DNA of 64,000 nucleotides from Rubripirellula sp. (GTDB lineage: Bacteria > Planctomycetota > Planctomycetia > Pirellulales > Pirellulaceae): the NCBI GenBank assembly GCA_965216875.1, contig OZ244207.1, positions 7,008,001-7,072,000 of the forward strand. Direction: 5' to 3'. Position numbers and translations under genes: made by a program. Under the pieces are notes generated by a model. The model searched no databases. It saw only the letters and a list, made by a program, of their open reading frames with translations, and was not told where the DNA came from. Below, piece by piece: positions 48,516 through 58,090 of this stretch (positions are counted from its first letter, which is position 1; each line of letters starts with the position of its first letter).

Positions 48516-49328
48516 ATGAGCGACGCGGAACAAACCGAAGCTGGGCGCTTTGCGCTCCATCGCATCCCCAACAGCCTCGTGGTGTTGTTGGCCGTTGCGC
48601 TCTTGCTGCGCGGGCCCGCGGGCGCTTTTGAAGCCTTCTGGACCTACACCAAATCCCTGGTCGAAACGTTGTTTGGCGGCGAAGCCGTCTTCGTCGAAGT
48701 CCTCTGCCAAACCGCTCCACTGACACTTTCGGCTGCGGTCATCACCTTCTTTTATCGGTGCCGCGTTCTCAGTTTGCGAACGCTGCCGTCAATCGTTGGA
48801 TGCAGTGTGATTGTGGTTGGCGCCACCTGGATGGGCGGACAATTGCGAAGTGTGTCGGCAAGTCACTTGAAGCCCGCGAAATCGGAAGCGTCGGATGGAC
48901 CGACACAGTCACCGTTGATCATTGGCGCATCGACTTCGGCAATTGGACTGCCGCTTCAAACCGCATCGCATCGGCAACCGCTTGCGACGATCTCGCGCGA
49001 TCAGATCGCAGTTGCCAACGAGATGCCCGAAGAGATCGATCACACCATCTCGGTTGAAGAAGCTGTTGATAGGATCTTGGACTTTGACGATGTCACAACC
49101 GACGCTGCAAAACACGATTGGCGTGACAACGTTCCGCGCGTCGCACTGCTGCCAGAGCCAGGCAGTGTGATCGGGGTCGTCGCCAAAGCGATCAACCAAG
49201 TCCTCGGGTATCTGGCCTACTACCGGCCGCGGCTGTTCTTTGCCGCGATCATGATCGGTGTCTACATCGGCTGGAGTTGGCAACCCTACTTCGAGTCACT
49301 CGCGCTCGGCCTCGTGCGGCATAGTTAG
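48516..49328 (+). CDS. Hypothetical membrane protein
   Basis: Three N-terminal hydrophobic segments, a soluble loop and a C-terminal TM; start uncertain (frame open from 48318). Confidence 0.6.
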   Translation: MSDAEQTEAGRFALHRIPNSLVVLLAVALLLRGPAGAFEAFWTYTKSLVETLFGGEAVFVEVLCQTAPLTLSAAVITFFYRCRVLSLRTLPSIVGCSVIVVGATWMGGQLRSVSASHLKPAKSEASDGPTQSPLIIGASTSAIGLPLQTASHRQPLATISRDQIAVANEMPEEIDHTISVEEAVDRILDFDDVTTDAAKHDWRDNVPRVALLPEPGSVIGVVAKAINQVLGYLAYYRPRLFFAAIMIGVYIGWSWQPYFESLALGLVRHS

Positions 49329-49332
49329 ACGC

Positions 49333-49556
49333 GTAGGCCGGATCAAGGAGCGACAGCGACACAGATCCGGCAAGAACTACTCTGTGTCGCTGTCGCTCCT
49401 TGATCCGGCCTACATGGCTTCACGCTTTCCTCTCAAAGACATAGTCGCCTTTCGCTCCGCGAAAGTAGTGCTCTTGAACGCAACTTTCGCGGAGCGAAAG
49501 GCGACTATCAAGAAACCACAGCCAGGCGGCAGATTGTCATGCGGAGCATGACCTAC
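49333..49556. repeat. Mosaic REP array (C pair 49333-49413, F pair 49441-49508, D 49535-49556)
   Basis: Near-perfect inverted pairs; the D unit supplies the TAG of the 934-aa gene. Confidence 0.9.
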
Positions 49557-52357
49557 TTGGCAGTGATCTTCAACGTTGCCCGAAGACCATCATCTTGGAA
49601 TGACAGAGTGGTTTCGACTTTGTCTTCCGGTCCGATCGCCTCGATCACGGTCGGTCCAGCCTGCGGTGCAAGATGATGGCCGTAATGAGTGGAAACGTAG
49701 GTTTCCAACTGGTCGTTCCAGCGATACTTACCACCGGCCGGTTCGGCGAGCTCTTGGCCAAGCAGTTTTCGATAGACCGCAAGCGGATCGCGATCGGGAT
49801 ATCGGTGTCGGAAGTAGTTGAGAATCGGCACGTTGCTCCACGCAAGGCGGCTCATGCGACGTTGTGTGGTTGGCGCACTTGTCACGCCGAACGCACCGAT
49901 GGCTTTTCCGGTGACGTGCATCTTGATCTGGGGACCGGCGAGATCCTCGTCTTGTTCGTCGCCTTCGGCGTTGGCAACCGCTTCGGACGCCGCCTTTTTT
50001 CGTTCCAAGTGACGGTCAATCGCCCGTTTGATGACCTGTTCGTTTAGCGACGCGGTCAACCCGTCGGGTGTCGTGACGTAATAACCACGCGGCAATTCGT
50101 CAGCTTCGACGTCCGTGTTGTTTTCGACGACCGTTGCGATCGAATAGGCCATGCCGTTGTGGTTCCTTTGGTCCCAGCGGACCACGTTGGGCGCGAATTG
50201 GTCTAACAACGCACGCAATGCAACCATGAAGCCTGCCATGCGAAGGTTGTCTTTCGAAGGAACGTAAAAGCCAACGGGCGCCTCACGGAAATACCGCGGG
50301 CTTGGCCATTCGTAGGGAGAGTTTTCGGCGAGACGCTTGATCCAATCGGGATCGTTGTCGAGGTACAGCGAAAACGAACCATCAATCCAGCCAAGCAGGT
50401 CGATGTTGGCATTGCGCTGATTGATCACCGATCGTGCCATCGCCAAGTAGGTTGAATTGGGATTCACCGCGACATCAAGCGAAGCGAGTGCTTCCGCATG
50501 TTCGTCGCCGGCACCCGCACGCAGACGGGCGTCGCCAACCCAATTGAGCCATTGGCGATAATCGGTGCGAATCATCAACGGGATGACCGACAGATCGGCC
50601 ATCATTGACTTGGCATCAAGCGACAATTCGAGTGCGATGGGATCGAACGCATTTCTCCATTGACGTTCGTAACGATTCCTCCAACGTTCGTACAGTTCCA
50701 CCTCTTTGATACTGGCGAAACTCATGTCCATTTCCGCGATGGGCGTTTGAAACGCAAGCGTGCCGTATTTGCTTGAGTGCACGCCATGAGAGGTCAGAGA
50801 CAGTTGCCCAGCGTTTGGCATCCCCGTTGGTTGGGCGAGTCTCTGGACACCCTCGATGGAACCATCAAGAAGTGCGTCGGCGTTTCGCATCGACATCTCA
50901 GCGATGGTTGCTCGAGCACGGGTGCGCCGTGACGCGGCGATGCGCCACTGGGGGCTGCACCATTTGCGAATCGTTGCGTCGCTGATGACCGCAAGTGCCG
51001 CATCTTTGTCGGCTTGGCGGCGGTACCTTTGTCGGAAGAATTTGTATTCATCAAGGTTTCCAAGCGACTTCTGTTTGCCGTCAGCGCAATTGAGAAGTCG
51101 CTGGATTTGGTTGAGCGAGTTGCTGACGATCACGGCATCGTCAGTGGCAGCGATATAACTGCAGAACCGCCGGTCGGCTGTGACCCAGGCTTGGATCGGG
51201 TGACCGGAAAACTGATGGTCGAGCTTGTCGATGCCCGAGACCGCGGCGGCTTCGGCGGCGACTTGAGTGACGAGAGCTTGCTGAAGAAATTTGGGTTGTG
51301 CCGACTGCATCAGGATCGCCAGATCAGTCCCCGTGCGAAAGTAGGGGTCCGAGCCGGTAATGACGACTTCCTCGATAAGCGCGCCGCCAACTTGCCGAGT
51401 GAGTGCGTTGAGCGGTAGGCCAAGTTGCGCCTGGTAGAAAGCAAGCACATCGGTGCGGCGACTTTGCGGTTCGACCCATTGAACGATTGGGCGCGCCAAG
51501 CGGTCACTTTGATCAAAGATCTTGGTGAGCGCTCCGAACGAAGGCAGAAAGACGGCGTACTGGTCATGCGGAACGCTGGTGGCAAGCGGATCGAGCTGAG
51601 TCGGTTCATCGGACAATCGTGTTTTCCAATCGATCTCGCGAACTGTGATGCCACGCACGTTTGCAAGGCTCCGCTGGTTGCCTTCGGTTGCGGTCGTGGC
51701 GATTTGTTGATCGAGTTGCAAATTCTCGCTGACGGCGCGACCGCCACTCATCAGCTGGATCGAGTCATCAATGCCATCGCGTCGGCGCATCGGCCAATTG
51801 GGTCCGGTCGATTCGGCCGACTCACCGATTTCGGCGAGCGACTTGGTGGCCAAGTGACGAAACATCGCTGCACCGGCCATCTCCTCGGACCAAAGTCGTT
51901 GGAAGTGCTGGCCTTTGGCAAGCAGGTAGTCATGCCCCGTTGCCGAGGTGGTTTTCTCATCGATGATCAGTTCGAACTTGGCGAGAACGGTTTTGTTCTG
52001 CTCGGTATGCAAGAGGTAGAGATTTCCACTGATCGTTTCGCCGATCGGCTTTCGCCCCACGACTCGATAACCTGCAAAGTTTCCATTGCTCTGTTCCGGC
52101 TTGAGGACATAGGCTTCCGATCCTCTTGGCACGACCACACGCGGGGTCGTGTCCATTTGGTAGAACGCGTGACGAGGCCAGGATTGGTCGATCGCGACAT
52201 TCGAATCGTCGAATTCCTCGATCAGTGGGTTCACTTCGATCGAAAAGTATTCGTAGGTCCTTTTGCCAGGGTTTTCAATCGAATCGGCAGCCGTCGTCAG
52301 GTTCGCGACAGCTGTTGTCAGGCCAAGAATGAACACGAAAAGATAAAGGCACCGCAT
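49553..52357 (-). CDS. Large exported hypothetical protein (934 aa)
   Basis: GGAGG SD, signal peptide, long ORF; no family recognised. Confidence 0.8.
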   Translation of the reverse strand: MRCLYLFVFILGLTTAVANLTTAADSIENPGKRTYEYFSIEVNPLIEEFDDSNVAIDQSWPRHAFYQMDTTPRVVVPRGSEAYVLKPEQSNGNFAGYRVVGRKPIGETISGNLYLLHTEQNKTVLAKFELIIDEKTTSATGHDYLLAKGQHFQRLWSEEMAGAAMFRHLATKSLAEIGESAESTGPNWPMRRRDGIDDSIQLMSGGRAVSENLQLDQQIATTATEGNQRSLANVRGITVREIDWKTRLSDEPTQLDPLATSVPHDQYAVFLPSFGALTKIFDQSDRLARPIVQWVEPQSRRTDVLAFYQAQLGLPLNALTRQVGGALIEEVVITGSDPYFRTGTDLAILMQSAQPKFLQQALVTQVAAEAAAVSGIDKLDHQFSGHPIQAWVTADRRFCSYIAATDDAVIVSNSLNQIQRLLNCADGKQKSLGNLDEYKFFRQRYRRQADKDAALAVISDATIRKWCSPQWRIAASRRTRARATIAEMSMRNADALLDGSIEGVQRLAQPTGMPNAGQLSLTSHGVHSSKYGTLAFQTPIAEMDMSFASIKEVELYERWRNRYERQWRNAFDPIALELSLDAKSMMADLSVIPLMIRTDYRQWLNWVGDARLRAGAGDEHAEALASLDVAVNPNSTYLAMARSVINQRNANIDLLGWIDGSFSLYLDNDPDWIKRLAENSPYEWPSPRYFREAPVGFYVPSKDNLRMAGFMVALRALLDQFAPNVVRWDQRNHNGMAYSIATVVENNTDVEADELPRGYYVTTPDGLTASLNEQVIKRAIDRHLERKKAASEAVANAEGDEQDEDLAGPQIKMHVTGKAIGAFGVTSAPTTQRRMSRLAWSNVPILNYFRHRYPDRDPLAVYRKLLGQELAEPAGGKYRWNDQLETYVSTHYGHHLAPQAGPTVIEAIGPEDKVETTLSFQDDGLRATLKITAK

Positions 52358-52522
52358 CGAAAGCCTCCCGTTTGTACTTCTGTTCGAGCAATGGCGATTA
52401 AAATGAGGGCTTCAGTGGTCCTCAAAGAGTAGAGGAGCCCTTCGCCGAAGAGACACTGCGCGTCTTTTGCGTGATTTTGCAAAAAAGCTGGTATCGGCCC
52501 CGAGAGCGTTGATTCACCGTCG

Positions 52523-53788
52523 ATGATTGAACCTAACGAAGCGGCAGCACCATGGATGCAACAAGGGGCGTTGTTGTATCAGCAGAGCCAACTTTCTGCG
52601 GCTCGGGATGCGTTCCAAGAAGCCCTTTCGCTGCAACCGGAATTGACACCCGCCAGGTTCAACCTTGGTGTGATCTGCCGCGATCTTGAGGAAAACGACG
52701 CGGCTCAGGTCTGGTTCGAAGAGACGATTCGAAGTGGCGAAATCGTTGCGGATGCGACCAACAATCTCGGCCTCCTCGCGGTGCGTCGTGAGGAATTCTC
52801 GCTAGGTGAGGCTCACTTTCGTAAAGCGATCGAATTGGTCGACAACTTTCCACTGGCCCATTTCAACCTTGCCAACCTTTTGTTGCGGCTCGGTCGGTGG
52901 GAAGAAGGCTGGCGCGAATACGAGTGGCGATGGCAGACGCCTACGTTCACGCCAATTCAATGTCCACAGCCGATGTGGGACGGCCAGACACTCGATGGAA
53001 CATTGCTGCTTCATACCGAACAGGGCATCGGCGACATGATTCAGTTCGCCCGGTTCATTCCCGAGATTCGAAAACGCTGTCGGCGCGTGATCCTACTGCG
53101 GCCCGATCACCTCGATTGTTTGTTGCCGATTCCCGATTGGGCCGATGAAGCACGCAGTGCCGGCGAGATTTCGCTCGATTCTTTTCAAGCGTTTCTGCCT
53201 CTGATGAGTGCGCCGCGTGTCCTGGATGCGAGGATTGATGACCTGCCTCTACACGAGAACTATTTGACGCCGGTGGCTCGAACGGTTGATCTGGGAGAAT
53301 CGCATGTCGAATCGGCGCGACTCAAAGTTGGCATCAGCTGGGCAGGCAGTCCGACTTACGTCAGTGATGCATTTCGCAGTGTGTCGGTCCAGCAATTCAA
53401 ACCGTTGTTCGATTTTCCCAACGTCGCGTTTTACAGCTTGCAAGTCGGTTCGCGTTGCGAAGAGCTGGCGGAACTGGCCGAACATCGCGGCAAGGTCCGC
53501 GACCTTGCTGATTTGCAATCGGACTTGGCGGATGCCGCTGCGATCATCAAACAGCTCGATTTGATCATCACTGTTGACACAGCCATCCTGCATTTGGCCG
53601 CCGCCATGGGCGTGCCGACATGGGGGGTGATTTCAAGGCGAAGCGATTGGCGTTGGCTTGATTACGATTCGACCGAATCAGCTTGGTATCCATCGCTGCG
53701 TTTATTCCGACAACGAAAGCTCAATGATTGGCCCGAACTGATGCATCGCGTCGCGACGGAACTGTCGTCAATGGTTGCCCGCGAGTAG
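52523..53788 (+). CDS. TPR-containing glycosyltransferase-like protein (GT-B fold, GT9-related)
   Basis: N-terminal TPRs, EGWREYEWRW, EQGIGDMIQFAR, LDLIITVDTAILHLAAAMG, WYPSLRLFRQ. Confidence 0.85.
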   Translation: MIEPNEAAAPWMQQGALLYQQSQLSAARDAFQEALSLQPELTPARFNLGVICRDLEENDAAQVWFEETIRSGEIVADATNNLGLLAVRREEFSLGEAHFRKAIELVDNFPLAHFNLANLLLRLGRWEEGWREYEWRWQTPTFTPIQCPQPMWDGQTLDGTLLLHTEQGIGDMIQFARFIPEIRKRCRRVILLRPDHLDCLLPIPDWADEARSAGEISLDSFQAFLPLMSAPRVLDARIDDLPLHENYLTPVARTVDLGESHVESARLKVGISWAGSPTYVSDAFRSVSVQQFKPLFDFPNVAFYSLQVGSRCEELAELAEHRGKVRDLADLQSDLADAAAIIKQLDLIITVDTAILHLAAAMGVPTWGVISRRSDWRWLDYDSTESAWYPSLRLFRQRKLNDWPELMHRVATELSSMVARE

Positions 53789-53877
53789 GATTCAGTGTCG
53801 GTCCGAATCAACGCCTTAGGTGATCAATCGGATGCACGCTTTCCCACCTACTTCTTCAAGATCTCGCCAAAGTCCGC

Positions 53878-55083
53878 ATGCCCATCATACGTTGTTTGTT
53901 TCCGCTGCTGGCGGTTTGTTTGGTCAGCTTCACTTTCGGTGAAGATTGGTATCGATACCGCGGCCCCAATCTGAATGGCATCTCGCCGGAAACCGGCTGG
54001 AAGTCGTGGGGTGATGGCGAACCCAAGATCCATTGGCGCGCAGAAGTCGGAACAGGGTTTTCGGGAATCGTTCAGAGCGACGGTCGAGTCTACACGATCG
54101 GGAACACGGAAAACGAGGACACCGTCTACTGTCTCGATGCAGCCAGCGGCGACGTGATTTGGAAACAGAGCTACGCTAGTCCAACCGACCCCAACGAATT
54201 CGAAGGGGGGCCGACTTCAACACCGACCGTTGATGGCGACTCGGTCTTCACGCTCAGTCGTCGCGGAGACCTTTATTGCTTTGGAAAAGCGAGTGGCCAG
54301 CCGAAGTGGTCCGTCAATGCTGCGACGCTTGCTGATGTGCGAACTCCCGGTTGGGGTTTCGCAGGTTCGCCACTCGTTTTGGGTGACAAGTTGATTCTGA
54401 ACGTGGGCGACGCCGGAACGGCGATCGACAAGTTGACCGGTGAGTTGATTTGGAAGTCGGACGACAAGGATTCAGGCTACTCGTCACCCATTCCGACACG
54501 TCACGACAATCGAGAATGTGTCGTGATCGGCTCGGCACGCTCCTACGTCTGTGTTGATGTTGTCGACGGCGCGGAAGTGTGGCGTCAGCGTTGGCTGACC
54601 ACGTTCGGTTGCAACGCTGGTGACGCGATCGTAAGCGACCATGGCGTCTTTCTATCCTCAGCGTACAACCGAGGCAGTGCACTGATACGCCCCGGCCAAG
54701 GGCGACCCGAAGTGGTGTGGAAAAACAAGGAGATGCAGAATCAGATCAGCAGTAGTCTTTTACTCGGCGGCATGATTGTTGGAATTCATGGCGATGTTGA
54801 CGCCGGAACATCACTGAGGGCGCTTGATCTGAAATCGGGAGAGGTTCTTTGGACAGATGAGACGCTTCAGCCGGGGGGACTTTCGGCGTCCTCCGACGGG
54901 CGGCTGATTGTGATTGGTGATGAAGGTGAACTGATGATTGGCCAAGCCAACCGCGACTCATTTCAGGTAGCGTGCAAATCACAGGTGGTCGAGGGGAAGT
55001 GTTGGACCGCGCCGACACTTTCCGGCGGCCTGATCTACTGCAGGACTGCCGATGGCTCGATCGTCTGCATCGACGTTCGTTAG
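53878..55083 (+). CDS. PQQ-like beta-propeller repeat protein
   Basis: Signal peptide, DWYRYRGPNLNG, repeated CLDA.SG..IWK and SSP motifs. Confidence 0.88.
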   Translation: MPIIRCLFPLLAVCLVSFTFGEDWYRYRGPNLNGISPETGWKSWGDGEPKIHWRAEVGTGFSGIVQSDGRVYTIGNTENEDTVYCLDAASGDVIWKQSYASPTDPNEFEGGPTSTPTVDGDSVFTLSRRGDLYCFGKASGQPKWSVNAATLADVRTPGWGFAGSPLVLGDKLILNVGDAGTAIDKLTGELIWKSDDKDSGYSSPIPTRHDNRECVVIGSARSYVCVDVVDGAEVWRQRWLTTFGCNAGDAIVSDHGVFLSSAYNRGSALIRPGQGRPEVVWKNKEMQNQISSSLLLGGMIVGIHGDVDAGTSLRALDLKSGEVLWTDETLQPGGLSASSDGRLIVIGDEGELMIGQANRDSFQVACKSQVVEGKCWTAPTLSGGLIYCRTADGSIVCIDVR

Positions 55084-55090
55084 TGCCTAG

Positions 55091-55114
55091 GTAGGGTGCG
55101 TGCTTGCACGCGCC
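55091..55114 (+). repeat. REP family H element
   Basis: GTAGGGTGCGTGCTTGCACGCGCC, 7 nt after the PQQ-repeat gene stop. Confidence 0.7.
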
Positions 55115-55214
55115 GGTCTGTCGATGGGCATTGTTTCCCAGCACACGCGAGGTGTAGCCAGTACAATGTCCACCCCCACCTCCCCTTCTCCCCACCAAAA
55201 CACCGGATCGCTCG

Positions 55215-56534
55215 ATGACTCTGCAACGACGTCAATTCCTCAAGACCGCTGCTGCGACGGGAGCGGTGGTCAGTAGCGCCCCGTACGTGCACGCTCAATC
55301 AAAGGGCAAACGCTATCGAACCGCGCTGATTGGTTCGGGGTGGTGGGGCATGAACATTCTCAAAGAGGCGATGGCCGCTGGGAACACCAAGGTTGTTGCT
55401 CTCTGCGATGTCGATCAAGACAAGTTGGAGATCGGTGCCGAAGAGGTCGAAGACTTATCGGGCGATGTGCCGAACACGTACACCGACTTTCGCGAATTGC
55501 TCGACAAAGAAGAGATCGACATTGCGATTGTGGCAACGCCTGATCATTGGCATGCGCTCAATACGATCGCGGCAATCGAAGCGGGCGCTCACATTTTTGT
55601 CGAAAAGCCGACCGGTCATACGATTGGCGAGAGTCGCGCGATGTTGGAAGCGGCGCGGGCCAACAACCGAGTCGTGCAAGTGGGGCTGCATCGACGCGTT
55701 GGGCCACACTACGTCTCGGGAATGAAGTTCCTCAAAGAAGGCGGCGCTGGCGATATCGGAATGGTGCGAATGTTTGTGCATAGCCGAGGTGGTGCCGAGC
55801 TACCGACGCCCAACAGTCCGCCGCCCGAACAATTGGATTGGGACATGTATTGTGGACCCGCTCCGTTACGCCCCTTCAATCGCCGGATTCATCCTGGTGG
55901 ATTTCGCAACTTTCTTGATTTCGCCAACGGAACGCTCGGAGATTGGGGCGTGCACTGGCTCGATCAAGTGCTTTGGTGGACCGACGAAAAGTATCCGAAG
56001 CACGTCTATTCGACTGGTGGGCGGCCGATCAAAGGGCCCGCCGTGATGAACGACAAGGGGCAAACGACCGACGCACCCGATAGCCAGATCGCGACCTACA
56101 AATTCGAGTCGTTCAATGCGGTGTGGGAGCATCGTCGCTTTGCCGGAAGCGGTTCCGAAAAGACGTCGGTCGGGTGCTACTTTTATGGCACCAAAGGGAC
56201 GTTCCACATGGGTTGGCGCGACGGATGGACCTTCTATCCCGCCGATTCAAAGAAGCAAACGATTCATCAAGACGCGGTTCACAAAGAGCCAGACGGCCAT
56301 AGCATCGATTTGCTATGGAAGGACTTTACCAACGCGATTGAATCGGGAAGCCGCCCAACCTGTGATGTCCAAGTGGGGCATGATGCGACCAACATGAGCC
56401 TGCTCGGAATGCTCTCGCTCAAGCTCGGGCGAAGCATCGAGTGGGATGGTGAGAAGGAACGCGTGGTCGGCGATGATGAAGCCAACAAACTGCTGACTCG
56501 GCCCTATCGTGGCCCGTGGAAGTATCCCTCGTAA
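55215..56534 (+). CDS. Tat-exported Gfo/Idh/MocA oxidoreductase
   Basis: QRRQFLK Tat motif, IGSGWWG, ATPDHWH, VEKP, DWGVHWLD. Confidence 0.92.
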   Translation: MTLQRRQFLKTAAATGAVVSSAPYVHAQSKGKRYRTALIGSGWWGMNILKEAMAAGNTKVVALCDVDQDKLEIGAEEVEDLSGDVPNTYTDFRELLDKEEIDIAIVATPDHWHALNTIAAIEAGAHIFVEKPTGHTIGESRAMLEAARANNRVVQVGLHRRVGPHYVSGMKFLKEGGAGDIGMVRMFVHSRGGAELPTPNSPPPEQLDWDMYCGPAPLRPFNRRIHPGGFRNFLDFANGTLGDWGVHWLDQVLWWTDEKYPKHVYSTGGRPIKGPAVMNDKGQTTDAPDSQIATYKFESFNAVWEHRRFAGSGSEKTSVGCYFYGTKGTFHMGWRDGWTFYPADSKKQTIHQDAVHKEPDGHSIDLLWKDFTNAIESGSRPTCDVQVGHDATNMSLLGMLSLKLGRSIEWDGEKERVVGDDEANKLLTRPYRGPWKYPS

Positions 56535-56546
56535 GTAAGGCGCGCC

Positions 56547-56620
56547 GTGAGCCGTACGCGCTAGCGTCGGGCCGAGGCGGGAGAGCGAGAAGATTCGGGC
56601 TAAAGCTCGGTACTACGAAC
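56547..56620. repeat. Mixed REP pair: family E (56547-56573) and inverted family A (56587-56620)
   Basis: Sequence matches to other copies. Confidence 0.85.
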
Positions 56621-56651
56621 AATTGGAACGAGCGGGGCTAGTGCTAGCTGT

Positions 56652-58079
56652 TCACGCTAGGATTTCTTTGACCACTTCGCCATGAACGTCGGTCAACCGA
56701 AACGGGCGACCGTTGTGCATAAACGTCAGCTGTTCGTGATCGATTCCTAGCAGGTGCAACAGCGTCGCATGCCAGTCGTGCATGTGAACTTTGCCTTGCA
56801 CCGCGTGATGTCCAAACTCGTCCGTCACCCCATGGCTGAATCCTGGCTTCACACCACCGCCCGCCAAGAAGATCGTGAAGCCGTAGGGATTATGGTCTCG
56901 GCCCGTCCCATTGGTTTGCGCGTACGGCGTGCGTCCGAATTCGCCGCCCCACCAGACAAGTGTGTCCTCGAGCAATCCGCGTTGCTTCAGGTCGGCAAGT
57001 AGGCCTGCGACTGGCTTGTCAGTATTGAATGCATGTTCGGCGTGTTTTTTTAGATTCGAGTGTTGATCCCAACGAGGGTTGTTCGTGTTGTCGCCGTAAT
57101 TGACTTGAATGTAGCGCACACCCGATTCTGCCAATCGGCGCGCCATCAAGCATTGGCGGCCAAAATCGTCGGTTCCTTTTTCGCCGATACCATACAGGCG
57201 TCGTGTTGCTTCGGTCTCTTGTGATAGGTCCAGCGTTTCGGGGGCATGATGTTGCATCCGCCAAGCAAGCTCGTAGGAGTTGATGACCGCATCAAGTTCC
57301 TGGTCCGGAAAGGGTGCGCTCGATTGTGCCGCGTTGATCTGTCGCAGTAAATCGAATTGAGTTTTTCGATCCCCTTCGGATAAAACCAGGTTGTCGAGAT
57401 TGCGGATCTTGGCCTGTGATGCCGACGTGCCGGCTCGTCCGATCGCCGTACCTTGGAAATGGGCTGGCAAGAACGCATTGCTGTAGTTGCGCGGGCCGCC
57501 ATTTCCCATCGAAGGTTGAATGGTGACAAAGCCGGGCAAGTTTTCGTTTTCGCTACCCAAACCGTACAGGACCCAAGAGCCTACCGAGGGTCGGACGAGG
57601 TTGATGGATCCGGTGTGTAGAAAGAGTGTCGATGGGCCATGAGCGACACCGTCGGTGTGCATCCCTTTGATGAAGCAAAGGTCATCGACATGTTCGGCGA
57701 TGTTCGGAAAGAGCTCGGAGACGTGTTGGCCGCATTGACCGTACTGGCGAAACTTCCATGGCGATTCGAAGACTCGATGTTTGACGATCTTCTTCGTCTT
57801 CGCTAGTACGCGTGCGTCGTCGAACGTGCGCATCTCGCCATCGTGTTTTGCCAGGTTCTCTTTGAAGTCGAACGTGTCGACCTGGCTGGGGCCACCTTGC
57901 ATGAAGAGAAAGATGACACGTTTTGCGCGGGCGGGAAATTGCGGCGATTTGGCTGCCAGCGGGTTACTCGTCACCGAAGCTGGCAGTTGGTTTTGAGCCA
58001 GTGCAGCGGCGGACAGGTAACCAAAACCGCAACCGAGTGTCTTTAGCAGCTGTCGTCGTGATGGGATAGCTTGTGCCAC
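56652..58079 (-). CDS. DUF1501 domain protein (Tat-like signal)
   Basis: SRRQLLK, AKRVIFLFMQGGPSQVDTFD, CLMARRLAESGVR, WDQH, GEFGRTP, GRDHNP. Confidence 0.92.
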   Translation of the reverse strand: MAQAIPSRRQLLKTLGCGFGYLSAAALAQNQLPASVTSNPLAAKSPQFPARAKRVIFLFMQGGPSQVDTFDFKENLAKHDGEMRTFDDARVLAKTKKIVKHRVFESPWKFRQYGQCGQHVSELFPNIAEHVDDLCFIKGMHTDGVAHGPSTLFLHTGSINLVRPSVGSWVLYGLGSENENLPGFVTIQPSMGNGGPRNYSNAFLPAHFQGTAIGRAGTSASQAKIRNLDNLVLSEGDRKTQFDLLRQINAAQSSAPFPDQELDAVINSYELAWRMQHHAPETLDLSQETEATRRLYGIGEKGTDDFGRQCLMARRLAESGVRYIQVNYGDNTNNPRWDQHSNLKKHAEHAFNTDKPVAGLLADLKQRGLLEDTLVWWGGEFGRTPYAQTNGTGRDHNPYGFTIFLAGGGVKPGFSHGVTDEFGHHAVQGKVHMHDWHATLLHLLGIDHEQLTFMHNGRPFRLTDVHGEVVKEILA

Positions 58080-58090
58080 TGGTAGACCCC

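Noticed and set aside
52358..52522. Possible riboswitch upstream of the 934-aa gene
   Set aside because: Some pairing (AGGGCT/AGCCCT, CCTC/GAGG) but no aptamer consensus I can recognise; an Rfam/Infernal scan would decide
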